Origin: an uncultured Holophagales bacterium
GTDB taxonomy: Bacteria; Acidobacteriota; Thermoanaerobaculia; Multivoradales; UBA5704
Assembly: GCA_963842525.1 (NCBI GenBank)
Contig: CAWJGT010000005.1
Location: forward strand, 1-48,373
Length of the DNA stretch: 48,373 bases
Direction: 5' to 3'
Part shown: in pieces, positions 8,697-22,856 of the stretch
How positions within the stretch are numbered: position 1 is the first letter of the stretch
How the letters are laid out: each line of letters starts with the position of its first letter
Notes under the pieces: model-generated
Database searches by the model: none
Told to the model about the DNA's origin: nothing
Seen by the model: the letters and a program-made list of their open reading frames with translations, nothing else
Made by a program: the position numbers and the translations under genes

Positions 8697-8940
8697 CTCC
8701 CCAGATAGAGAGGGCCTGGAAAAGCTGTGAAAAGACTGTGCAGGAGAAGCCCTGAATCCCTGTGGAGGGACTGCGGAATTTTCCCGGCCGCCGCAACTTT
8801 TCCGCAACCCCCACAAGCCCGTCCGCAGCTTCCCCACAACCCCCTCACAGAAGCCAAGCTGCCTGGAATCAGGAGCTTGACCCCCACTTCCGCAGTTTCC
8901 GCAGCCCCTATCTACTACTACGGCTATGCTATATATTCAG
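8697..8940. other. oriC: degenerate DnaA boxes, GC-rich spacer, DnaA-trios and AT-rich DUE
   Basis: About 11 TGTG/TGCGGA- and CCACA/CCGCA-type boxes; tandem boxes 8886-8903, GCCCC 8904-8908, TATCTACTACTAC 8909-8921, then CTATATATT; located between dnaA and dnaN. Confidence 0.85.
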
Positions 8941-8965
8941 ATGTCTTCTAGACGGAGAAGAGTGA

Positions 8966-10064
8966 ATGGAGATCCGCCTCAATCGCAGTGAATTCCTGGG
9001 CTGAGCTCGTCCCCATGCAGGGGATCGTCGAGCGCAAGACGACCATCCCTATCCTGTCCCACCTGCTGCTGACCGCGCGCGAGGACAGGCTTCACCTGGC
9101 CGCGACCGACCTCGACGTGTCGCTGACCTCCTGGTGCGATGCGGAGGTCCGCAGCGAAGGAGGAATCGCCGTCCAGGCCAAGAAGCTGGCGGAGATCATT
9201 CGCTCGCTGACGGCCGACGAGGTGATGCTGTCGCAGGAGGAGCCGCGCGAGCTCACCATCCGCTCCGGCCGGTCGCGGTTCCGGATCCACGGCCTGTCGC
9301 CCGATGACTTTCCGACCCTCCCCACGGTCGAGGAGAGCCGCCAGGTGGGGCTGCCGTTCGCCGACTTCCGGCGCATGGTCGCCAAGATCCTCTTCGCGGT
9401 CTCGGCCGAAGAGTCGCGCTTTCAGCTCAACGGCGCCCTGCTCAAGCTCAAGGACGGCTCGCTGGAGATCGTGGCGACCGACGGCCATCGCCTGGCGCTG
9501 GTCGAGGGAGGCCTCGAGGCGAGCGGCGGAGATGATTCCGTGCTGGTGCCGCGCAAGGCCTTGCAGGAATTACAGAGGCTGGAGGGCGACGGCAAGCTCG
9601 AATACCGCCGCGGGGAGCATCACCTCTCCTTCCGGCTCGGCCGCCGCGAGCTGATCTGCCGGATCCTGGAAGGCACCTTCCCGGACTACGAGAGGGTCAT
9701 CGCCAAGGACAACGACAAAAAAGTCCTCTTCGACCGGAAGCCCCTGGCCGACGCCGTGCAGCGCGTCGCCCTCCTGACCGGCGACCGGGCGCGTGCCGTG
9801 CGGCTCCAGTTCTCTCCGGAGCAGATGGTCGTCTCGGCCGCCAACCCCGACCTCGGCGAGGCGACCGAAGAGGTCGCCTGCGATTACGACGGGCCCGAGT
9901 TCCGGGTGGGGATCAACCCGGACTACCTGACCCAGTTCCTGGCCGCCGTGGAGACCGACCGCGTCCGCCTGGAGCTCAAGGACGAGAACACGCAGTGTGT
10001 GGGCTATCCGCACGAAGGTCCGGACACGCGCTACCTCTGTGTGATCATGCCGATGCGGATCTGA
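8966..10064 (+). CDS. dnaN: DNA polymerase III beta clamp (extra G near 9000)
   Basis: MEIRLNRSEFL..AELVPMQGIVERKTTIPILS, AATDLD, VATDGHRL, FPDYERVI, C-terminal VIMPMRI. Confidence 0.97.
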
Positions 10065-10092
10065 GCCCGGCCGTTCCCGGGCTCCTCCTCCT

Positions 10093-11157
10093 TTGCTCTC
10101 CATCCTCACCACGAGCCACTTCCGGAATCTCGAGCCCCTCAAATGGGGCCCGGGGCCGGGCTCACACCTCCTCCTCGGCGGCAATGGCGCCGGCAAGACG
10201 AGCGTCCTCGAAGCGGTCTATGTCCTGGCCACGACGCGGAGCTTCCGCGCGGCGCGCCTGGAGGACTGCGTACAGCACGGGGCCGAGGGGTTCCACCTCG
10301 AAGGCGAGGCGGAGACCGACCGCCGCACGTCGCTGGAGGTCCGCTGGGTCGAAGGTAAGCGTGTGCGTACCGTCAACGGCAAGGCAGTACCTCTTGCTGA
10401 ACACCTGGCGGTGCTCCCGGTGGTGGCCTGGACCTGGGCCGAAGGGGAGGTCCTGGTCGGCGCTCCTAAAGCCCGCCGCAGGTTCCTGGATCGCGGCGTG
10501 CTCGGGATCCGGCCGGTAGCGCTGGACGTCCTCAACCGCTATCGGGAGGCCCTGGTGCACAAGCGCGACCTCCTGCTCCAGGGCGGACCTGGGATCGAGG
10601 TCTGGAACGAGATGCTGGCCGGCGCGGCGGCGGACCTGATCCGGCTGCGGCACGAGTACGTCGAGAGCTTGCGCGAGGCCCTGGCCACGGTGCTGGAGGA
10701 GTCGGGTCTCCCCTTCCCGCCGATCGAGATGCGGTATCGCCCCTCGCCGAGCGACGGCCTCGAAGGTGCGGCAGCCATCGCCCTCGATCTGGAGCGGATC
10801 GTCGAAAAGGAGCGCCGGAGGCAAGCTCCGCTCCTCGGCCCCCACCGCGACGAGCTCGAAATCCTCTGGGGGGGGCACGACATCCGGCGTGTCGCCTCCG
10901 CCGGCGAGCGCAAGTCCCTCTCGCTTCTCCTCCTCGCCGCCCATGGGAGGACCATCGAGTCGGCCGGCAGGAGCCCGGTCTACCTCCTGGACGACGCCGA
11001 CGCCGAATTGGCACCCACCACCCACGCCGCCGTCTGGAGCGTCTTCACCAGGTCCCGGCAGATCCTCGCCACCTCCAACCGTGCCCAGGTCTGGCTCACC
11101 TTGAACGTCGGCAAGGCCTGGGAGATGGACAAGGGGAAGATGAAGGCGCTGGAGTAG
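10093..11157 (+). CDS. recF: DNA replication/repair protein RecF
   Basis: FRN, GGNGAGKTSVLEA, RRRFLD, GPHRDEL, ASAGE, LLDD..AEL; dnaN-recF-gyrB synteny. Confidence 0.95.
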   Translation: MLSILTTSHFRNLEPLKWGPGPGSHLLLGGNGAGKTSVLEAVYVLATTRSFRAARLEDCVQHGAEGFHLEGEAETDRRTSLEVRWVEGKRVRTVNGKAVPLAEHLAVLPVVAWTWAEGEVLVGAPKARRRFLDRGVLGIRPVALDVLNRYREALVHKRDLLLQGGPGIEVWNEMLAGAAADLIRLRHEYVESLREALATVLEESGLPFPPIEMRYRPSPSDGLEGAAAIALDLERIVEKERRRQAPLLGPHRDELEILWGGHDIRRVASAGERKSLSLLLLAAHGRTIESAGRSPVYLLDDADAELAPTTHAAVWSVFTRSRQILATSNRAQVWLTLNVGKAWEMDKGKMKALE

Positions 11158-11288
11158 TCGTCCGGGAAGCTTTTACCCTCATTTTACGTTGAATGTACAA
11201 GGGATAGGAGCGCTTCTCCCGCCTTCGTTTCGAAGATGGTCGCCGAGGCGGCTTTCCCGTCCCTAAGTGACTGAATCTCCAGCACTAG

Positions 11289-13820
<2,532 letters not shown>

Positions 13821-13861
13821 TTCTGTGGACAGAATACTCTGTGTTCGCGTAGGCTCAGGGA

Positions 13862-14011
13862 GTGATCATTCATGAGCTCGTCTGGACGGCGGATCGGATC
13901 GACCACATCGCCCGGCACGGTGTACAACCGGAGGAGTTTGAAGAGGTCTGCTTTGGCCGAGCGCTCTCGTTTAGGACCGAGTCCAGGGGAAGAAATCCGG
14001 TGGTGGAGTAG
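13862..14011 (+). pseudogene. Truncated BrnT-like toxin (49 aa)
   Basis: MIIHELVWTADRIDHIARHGVQPEEFEEVCFG...NPVVE*: BrnT-like N-terminal half only, immediately before an antitoxin gene; below the ORF-track length cutoff. Confidence 0.7.
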
Positions 14012-14014
14012 AAA

Positions 14015-14278
14015 ATGAAACGACAGAAGCTCCCGGACACGGATTCGATCGAAGAGTTGGCTCGCTTTTGGGACACACACGACGTCACTGATTTCGAGGA
14101 TCAGATGAAGGAAGTAACAGAGCCTCTCTTTGAAGGCAGACCTCGATCGGTGGTGATGATTCGCCTGGAGCCGCAAGAGGCAGGGGCTGTCGGGAGGATT
14201 GCGAAAGCCAAAGGGCTATCCAACGCGGAGCTGTTGCGGGAGTGGGCTCTGGAACGACTTCACGCTGTCCAAGGATGA
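14015..14278 (+). CDS. CopG/BrnA-like antitoxin
   Basis: DSIEELARFWDTHDVTDF motif and C-terminal RHH (IRL...IAKAKGLS..LLREW). Confidence 0.8.
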   Translation: MKRQKLPDTDSIEELARFWDTHDVTDFEDQMKEVTEPLFEGRPRSVVMIRLEPQEAGAVGRIAKAKGLSNAELLREWALERLHAVQG

Positions 14279-14302
14279 CAAGAGGCAGGTTTTAAGAGAC
14301 AT

Positions 14303-16939
<2,637 letters not shown>

Positions 16940-17008
16940 GGGGCGTCCGGAGCAGGGAAGCCTCGGGAGAAGGTCTCCGGCTGTGCTATTCTGGCCGCGC
17001 AAGACAAA

Positions 17009-17025
17009 GCAGTGCAATGCACTGC
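17009..17025. promoter_or_regulatory. Palindromic operator upstream of vapBC
   Basis: Perfect inverted repeat GCAGTGCA-A-TGCACTGC ending 13 bp before the antitoxin ATG. Confidence 0.6.
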
Positions 17026-17037
17026 GGGGAGACCAGG

Positions 17038-17292
17038 ATGTCCGATCAACTCACGATCCGTCTGCCGGAGGATTTGAGCCAAGCGCTCGAAGCCGCCACG
17101 GTCCGCCTACGGCGCAAGAGGTCGGACATCGTGCGCCTGGCTCTTTACCGCTTCTTCGATCTTGCCCCGGAAGACGAAGGAAGGCCTTCAGCCCGTGTCC
17201 AACACCTGATTGGTGCCCTGGAGACGGGTATGCCGGACCTGGCCGAAAACCATCGCGCATACATTCTGGAATCTCTCAAGCATGGCGGGTGA
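17038..17292 (+). CDS. vapB: RHH (CopG-type) antitoxin, VapB-like
   Basis: MSDQLTIRLPEDL...RSDIVRLAL RHH pattern; overlaps the PIN gene. Confidence 0.8.
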   Translation: MSDQLTIRLPEDLSQALEAATVRLRRKRSDIVRLALYRFFDLAPEDEGRPSARVQHLIGALETGMPDLAENHRAYILESLKHGG

Positions 17293-17704
17293 GCTGCTGC
17301 TCGATACAGGAGCCCTGGTCTCCCTCCTCGATCGCAGCCAGACCCATCACCGCCAGTGCACAGAGTTGTTCTCCGGCTGGCACGGGGCGGTGGTCAGCAC
17401 CGAAGCGGTGCTGACGGAGGCCACCCACCTGCTGGGACGTACCCCGCGTGGCCGTGAGCTGTGCCTGGAGTTTTTTCTCGCTGGGGGCGCCACGCTGGTC
17501 CCCGCCAGCCTGTCGACGCTCCGACGCTGTCGCGTCCTGATGGAGAAGTACGATGATCAACCGATGGATTATGCCGACGCAACGCTCGTCATGCTGGCCG
17601 AGGAATTGGGAACGGATCTCGTCTTTACTACGGACCGCAGGGACTTCGAGGTCTACCGGTTCGGTAGAGACCGGCCGTTCCGGATTCTTCCTTCCTTTGC
17701 CTGA
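17282..17704 (+). CDS. vapC: PIN-domain toxin, VapC-like
   Basis: LLDTG, TEAVLTEA, MDYADA, TTDRRDF acidic PIN motifs. Confidence 0.9.
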   Translation: MAGELLLDTGALVSLLDRSQTHHRQCTELFSGWHGAVVSTEAVLTEATHLLGRTPRGRELCLEFFLAGGATLVPASLSTLRRCRVLMEKYDDQPMDYADATLVMLAEELGTDLVFTTDRRDFEVYRFGRDRPFRILPSFA

Positions 17705-17843
17705 TGGTCGCTGCCAGCACAGGTGCCGGCCAGGTACTTCATGGGCGCGGGAAGGTGAAGGGGAAGAGGGCGTGAGGTAGACTTGCCCCCGAGGGGTTTC
17801 CCCACCCCTCGTTGGCCAATCCCGAACAGGAGGGACGTGCGGC

Positions 17844-18500
17844 ATGGACTTCTTTCTCGATACCGCAGACATCAAGGAGATCGAGACCGGCCTCGAATGG
17901 GGCATGGTCGACGGCATCACCACCAACCCGACGCTGATCGCCAAGCAGGGCAAGCCGTACCTGGCCACCGTCCAGGCGATCGCCCGCCTCGTGCCGGGCC
18001 CGGTCTCCGGCGAGGTCCTGGCCACCGAATTCGACGAGATCATGGAGCAGGGGCGGCGCCTCGCCGGGCTCGCCGAAAACGTCGTGGTCAAGGTGCCGCT
18101 CACCCCGCCCGGGCTGCGCGCTGTCGCCAAGCTCCTCGAGGAAGGCATCCGGACCAATGTCACCCTCTGCTTCTCGGCGGCGCAGGCGCTGATCGCCGCC
18201 AAGGCCGGCGCCGCCTACATCTCGCCCTTCGTCGGCCGGCTCGACGACGTCGGCGAGGACGGCATGGAGCTGATCGAGAAGGTGGTGAGCATCTACCAGA
18301 ACTACGAGTTCGACACCGAGGTGCTCGTCGCATCGGTGCGCCATCCGGTGCACGTGGTCCAGGCGGCCCTGCTCGGCGCCGACGTAGCCACTCTGCCGTT
18401 CAAGGTCCTCGAGCAGCTCTATAAGCATCCGCTGACCGACGTCGGGCTGGACCGCTTCCTCTCCGACTGGAAAAAGACCGGCAAGAGCTTCGAAGAGTAG
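17844..18500 (+). CDS. fsa: Transaldolase / fructose-6-phosphate aldolase family
   Basis: FFLDTAD, GITTNPTL, VVKVP, NVTLCFS, YISPFVGRLDD, ASVRHP, HPLTD. Confidence 0.95.
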   Translation: MDFFLDTADIKEIETGLEWGMVDGITTNPTLIAKQGKPYLATVQAIARLVPGPVSGEVLATEFDEIMEQGRRLAGLAENVVVKVPLTPPGLRAVAKLLEEGIRTNVTLCFSAAQALIAAKAGAAYISPFVGRLDDVGEDGMELIEKVVSIYQNYEFDTEVLVASVRHPVHVVQAALLGADVATLPFKVLEQLYKHPLTDVGLDRFLSDWKKTGKSFEE

Positions 18501-19081
18501 TGGGCGAGCCCGGGCGCCTCTACCGTCTGGCCTGGGGCCTGTACATGGCCCTGGCCCTGGGCGGCATCCTCTGGATCGGCGCCCGCCAGGGGGTGATCCC
18601 GCTCCGCCTGTTCCTCGACTCACGGCAGTGGTGGCTCGACGTGGTCCTGGGGATCGCAGCCGGCGGCACCCTCCTGGCGATCTGGAAGCTGGCCGAGGTC
18701 GCGTTCCCGCTGGCACGCCGCCTGGAGGAGCAGCTCGGGAACCTGCTCGGGCCGCTCACGCGAACCGAGGTGATCGCTCTCGCCCTGCTCTCGGGCCTCG
18801 CCGAAGAGCTCTTCTTCCGCGGTGCCGTGCAAGGGGCGGTGGGGTGGATCCCGGCAAGCCTCCTCTTCGCCCTGCTCCACACCGGGCCCGGCCCGGCCTT
18901 CCGTCTGTGGACCCTCTTCGCCGCCGTCGCCGGCCTGCTCCTGGGCGCTCTCATGGCCTGGCGTGGCAATCTGCTGGGCCCTATCGTCGCCCATGCCCTC
19001 GTCAACGGGGTCAACCTGTGGCGCCTCGCGGACTCTGCTAGACTCGCCCGGGGCCAGGCCGAGAGCGAAAAGGAGAGCTGA
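18500..19081 (+). CDS. CPBP (CAAX/Abi) intramembrane metalloprotease
   Basis: EELFFRG, FALLH, AHALVN motifs; multiple TM segments. Confidence 0.88.
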   Translation: MGEPGRLYRLAWGLYMALALGGILWIGARQGVIPLRLFLDSRQWWLDVVLGIAAGGTLLAIWKLAEVAFPLARRLEEQLGNLLGPLTRTEVIALALLSGLAEELFFRGAVQGAVGWIPASLLFALLHTGPGPAFRLWTLFAAVAGLLLGALMAWRGNLLGPIVAHALVNGVNLWRLADSARLARGQAESEKES

Positions 19082-19086
19082 AAGAG

Positions 19087-20469
19087 ATGCCAAGCCATTC
19101 GCGGGACGTCCTCGCGCGCATCGACGCCGAGAAGGAGAGCTACCTCGAGGAGCTCAAGGACTATATCCGGATCCCGTCGATCTCGACCGATCCAGCCTAC
19201 GACGGCGAGGTGCAGCGGGCGAGCGAGTTCCTCCTCGGCAAGCTCCGCGAGGCCGGCCTCACCGCCGAGCGGATCGAGACCGGCGGCCATCCGCTCGTCT
19301 ACGCCGAGTGGCTGGGCGCGCCCGGCAAGCCGACCGTCCTGTTCTACGGCCATTACGACGTGCAGCCGGTCGATCCCATCGAGCTGTGGCGCAACCCGCC
19401 GTTCGAGCCGACCGTCGAGGGAGACAAGCTCGTGGCGCGTGGCGCAACGGACGACAAGGGGCAGTCGTACGCCCATGTGAAGGGGGTTGCGGCGCTGCTC
19501 AAGGAGCGTGGCAGCCTGCCGGTCAACGTCAAGTTCCTGGTCGAGGGCGAGGAGGAGTCGGGCGGCAAGTCGATCGAGGAATACGTGCGCCGGGACGCCG
19601 GGCGGCGGCTGGCCGCCGACTGCGTGGTGATCTCGGACACCTCCCTCTATGCCCCCGGGCAGCCGTCGCTCATCTACGGCCTCAAGGGTCTCTGCTACAT
19701 GGAGATCAAGGTCACCGGCCCCAACCGGGACCTCCACTCCGGCACCTTCGGCGGCGCGGTCACGAACCCGCTCAACGCTCTGTGCCAGATCGTGGCGAAG
19801 CTGCGGGACGAAAAGACGGGCAAGATCCTGATCCCCGGCTTCTACGACGACGTGCGGCCGCTCGAGGCCTGGGAGCGCGACGAGTTCGCCAAGCTGCCGT
19901 TCGACGAGGCCGCCTACCGCGACGACCTGGGCGTGCCCGAGCTGTTCGGCGAGGAGGGCTATTCCACCCGCGAGCGCACCTGGGGGCGTCCGACCTGCGA
20001 CGTCAACGGCATCTTCGGCGGCTACATGGGCAAGGGAGCCAAGACCGTGCTCCCCTCCTGGGGCGGCGCCAAGGTGTCGATGCGGCTGGTGCCCGACCAG
20101 GAGCCCGCGAAGATCGCCAGGCTGTTCACCGACTATGTCCACTCGATCGCCCCCAAAGGAGTGAAGGTCGAGGTGGAGACCCTGCACGGCGCCGACCCCG
20201 TGGTCGTCGAGGCGCAGGGGCCGATCGTCGACGCCGCGATGGAAGCCATGCAGGAGATCTGGGGTGCGCGGCCGGTGCGGATCCGCGAGGGGGGGTCGAT
20301 CCCGATCGTCTCCACCTTCGCCGCGGTGCTCGGCGCGCCGGTGCTGCTGCTCGGCTTCGGCCTGAACGACGACGGGCTGCACTCCCCGAACGAAAAGTTC
20401 AACATCAGCCACTTCTATAAGGGGATCCAATCCGTGGCACGGCTGCTGGATCGTCTGGGCGATCTATGA
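19087..20469 (+). CDS. M20 family dipeptidase
   Basis: YGHYDVQP, ARGATDDKGQ, EGEEESG, DLHSG, GGSIP, HSPNE. Confidence 0.95.
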   Translation: MPSHSRDVLARIDAEKESYLEELKDYIRIPSISTDPAYDGEVQRASEFLLGKLREAGLTAERIETGGHPLVYAEWLGAPGKPTVLFYGHYDVQPVDPIELWRNPPFEPTVEGDKLVARGATDDKGQSYAHVKGVAALLKERGSLPVNVKFLVEGEEESGGKSIEEYVRRDAGRRLAADCVVISDTSLYAPGQPSLIYGLKGLCYMEIKVTGPNRDLHSGTFGGAVTNPLNALCQIVAKLRDEKTGKILIPGFYDDVRPLEAWERDEFAKLPFDEAAYRDDLGVPELFGEEGYSTRERTWGRPTCDVNGIFGGYMGKGAKTVLPSWGGAKVSMRLVPDQEPAKIARLFTDYVHSIAPKGVKVEVETLHGADPVVVEAQGPIVDAAMEAMQEIWGARPVRIREGGSIPIVSTFAAVLGAPVLLLGFGLNDDGLHSPNEKFNISHFYKGIQSVARLLDRLGDL

Positions 20470-21020
20470 GGAGCAAGGACAACCTCGAACGGGAGATCAA
20501 GTTCCGGGGCGTGGAGCTGGAGAAGCTGCGGGAGCGGCTCATCGAGCTGGAGGCGGAGAGGGTCGGTCCGCCGGCCTTCGAGGACAACTGGATCCTGGAC
20601 CGCGGCGGCGAGCTCCTCTCCGGAGGCAAGATCCTGCGCCTCCGCACCGACGCCGGCCGCGCCCGCCTCACGCTGAAGGGGCCGATGCGCCTGGAAGGCA
20701 ACGTGCGGGTGCGCGAGGAGTACGAGGTCGTGATCGAGGATGCGGAGGAGGCGCGCGCGCTGCTGGAGGTGCTCGGTTACGGCGTGGTGCGCCGCTACCA
20801 GAAGATGCGGGAGGAGTGGCACCTCGGTGGCGTCACCATCGCCCTCGACCACACGCCGATCGGCGATTTCGCGGAGTTCGAGGGAGACCGCGCCGAGACC
20901 GTGGCCAAGCGCTGCGGCTTCGACGCCGAGAAGTCGGAGAAGCGCTCGTACCTGCGGCTCTATGACGATTACCTCAAGGAGCATCCGGACGCGCCGCCCG
21001 AGATGGTGTTCCGGCCGTAG
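20466..21020 (+). CDS. CYTH domain (class IV adenylate cyclase-like) protein
   Basis: EREIKF, LRLR, LTLKG, REEYE, YQKMRE, FAEFEG, SY. Confidence 0.88.
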   Translation: MRSKDNLEREIKFRGVELEKLRERLIELEAERVGPPAFEDNWILDRGGELLSGGKILRLRTDAGRARLTLKGPMRLEGNVRVREEYEVVIEDAEEARALLEVLGYGVVRRYQKMREEWHLGGVTIALDHTPIGDFAEFEGDRAETVAKRCGFDAEKSEKRSYLRLYDDYLKEHPDAPPEMVFRP

Positions 21021-21055
21021 GGCTCCGTTTCATCCCGCAACAGAGCTGGGGACGC

Positions 21056-22099
21056 ATGCAGGGTAGGCGCCTGAGGGCCCTCGTGCTGGCAGCGGGGCTC
21101 GGCACGCGGCTCCGTCCGCTGACGGAGCGGATGCCCAAGCCGCTCCTGCCGGTCACGGGCGTGCCCATTCTCGGCCACACCCTGGCGCAGCTCGCCGCCG
21201 TGGGCTGCGAAGCCGTGGCCGTCAACCTGCACCACCACGGCGACCTGATCCGGCAGCGCTTCGGCGACGCCTTTGCCGGCGTGCCCCTCACCTGGTCCGA
21301 GGAGCCGGAGCTGCTCGGCACCCTCGGCGTGTTCTGGCCGCTGCGGGACTTCTTCGCTCCCGCGGACCTCATCCTCCTGGTCAACGGCGACAGCCTGTGC
21401 GAGTGGCCGCTGCGGAAGCTGCTCCGGCGCCACCTGGCCGACGGCTCCCGCGCCACGCTCCTCCTCACCTCCCGCGCCGCGCCGGCCGAGTTCGGCGGCG
21501 GCGTGGGGATCGACCGCACCGGCCGCATCCTCTCGTTCCGTCCCACGGAGCCGGAGAGGCCCGAGGTGATCCGCCGCTACGTCTTCGCCGGCGCGCACGT
21601 CTTCGCGCCGGACCTCCTCGGGAGCCTCACCCCGGGCAAATCCGACATCGTCCGCAACCTTTACATGCCGCTGGTCGAAGATCCGGAAGCGCGGATCGGC
21701 TCGCTGGTGACGGCGCGTCACTGGCACGACATGGGGACCCCCCAGCGGTTCCTGGAGGGAGTCGTCGACAGGGCACGCAACGGCTGGCCGGAGCGGCTCT
21801 GGCGGCGGTCGTGGATCTCGAAGGAGGCCAGCGTGGCGGGAGGCGCCCGGGTGAAGAGCTCGTCGATCGAGCCGGGCGCGCGGGTCGGCGAGGGGGCGCA
21901 GATCGAGCGCTCCGTGCTGCTCCCCGGGTCCGTGGTGGGCGAGGGGAGCGTCGTCCGCGAGTCGATCCTGGGCTTCGGCGCCGCGGTGCCGCCCGGGACG
22001 TGGGTGGAGCGCCGGGTGATCATGCCGCAGAGCCCGGCCTTCACGCCGGGCCTGGACGATACCGTGGTCGGCGGCGCGGTTTTCACTCCATTTGGTTGA
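21056..22099 (+). CDS. Sugar-phosphate nucleotidyltransferase with left-handed beta-helix tail
   Basis: LAAGLGTRLRPLT..PKPLLPV, VNGD, WHDMGTP, hexapeptide repeats. Confidence 0.9.
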   Translation: MQGRRLRALVLAAGLGTRLRPLTERMPKPLLPVTGVPILGHTLAQLAAVGCEAVAVNLHHHGDLIRQRFGDAFAGVPLTWSEEPELLGTLGVFWPLRDFFAPADLILLVNGDSLCEWPLRKLLRRHLADGSRATLLLTSRAAPAEFGGGVGIDRTGRILSFRPTEPERPEVIRRYVFAGAHVFAPDLLGSLTPGKSDIVRNLYMPLVEDPEARIGSLVTARHWHDMGTPQRFLEGVVDRARNGWPERLWRRSWISKEASVAGGARVKSSSIEPGARVGEGAQIERSVLLPGSVVGEGSVVRESILGFGAAVPPGTWVERRVIMPQSPAFTPGLDDTVVGGAVFTPFG

Positions 22100-22154
22100 A
22101 CCGCTCCGGCGCGTCTGTCATGATGCTTTGACCGCGCAGCTTATCGACCGACCC

Positions 22155-22847
22155 ATGCTTTCCGACGCTCCTCCCTTCCGGCTCCTCGTCTTCGACTGGG
22201 ACGGCACCCTGATGGATTCGATCGGGTCGATCGTCGCCTGCACCCGCGCCGCCATGGGCGAGCTCGAGATCGAGCCGCTGCCGGACCAGACCATCCGTGG
22301 CACCATCGGCCTCGGGCTGCGCGAGACCATGGAAATCCTCTGCCCAGGGGGCGGAGACGAGATGTTCACACGGGTCCTCGACTGCTACCGGAAGCACTGG
22401 CAGGCCACCTATCGTGACCTGCCCGTGCTGTTCGAGGGGGTGCGGGAGATGCTCGCGGGACTGGCGGACGAGGGTTATCTGCTGGCGGTCGCCACCGGCA
22501 AGAGCCGCCGCGGCCTCGACCATGCCCTCGTCCAGACCAGTCTCGACGACCTCTTCCACGCCACGCGCACGGTGGACGAAGCCTTCTCGAAGCCCCACCC
22601 GCAGATGCTGCGCGCCATCCTCGACGAGCTGGGGGTGCCGCCCCGCGCCGCCGCCATGGTGGGCGACACCACCTACGATCTGGAGATGGCGCGGAGTGCC
22701 GGGACCGCGAGCATCGGCGTCTGCTCCGGCTCGCACTGCCGCGAAGAGCTGGAGCGGCTCGGCCCGCTCGCCTGCCTGGGCGAGGTGACCGAGCTGCTCC
22801 CGTGGCTGCGGAGGCGGGTGCGGGCGGAGGTCGGGGTGGGCACGTAG
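22155..22847 (+). CDS. HAD-superfamily hydrolase (phosphoglycolate phosphatase-like)
   Basis: FDWDGTLMDS, VATGK, KPHP, MVGDTTYD. Confidence 0.92.
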   Translation: MLSDAPPFRLLVFDWDGTLMDSIGSIVACTRAAMGELEIEPLPDQTIRGTIGLGLRETMEILCPGGGDEMFTRVLDCYRKHWQATYRDLPVLFEGVREMLAGLADEGYLLAVATGKSRRGLDHALVQTSLDDLFHATRTVDEAFSKPHPQMLRAILDELGVPPRAAAMVGDTTYDLEMARSAGTASIGVCSGSHCREELERLGPLACLGEVTELLPWLRRRVRAEVGVGT

Positions 22848-22856
22848 GTCCGCTGC

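Noticed and set aside
10063-10084. Hairpin GAGCCCGG-N6-CCGGGCTC after dnaN as a terminator
   Set aside because: No U-tract and only 8 bp from the recF start; at most a stability or pause element
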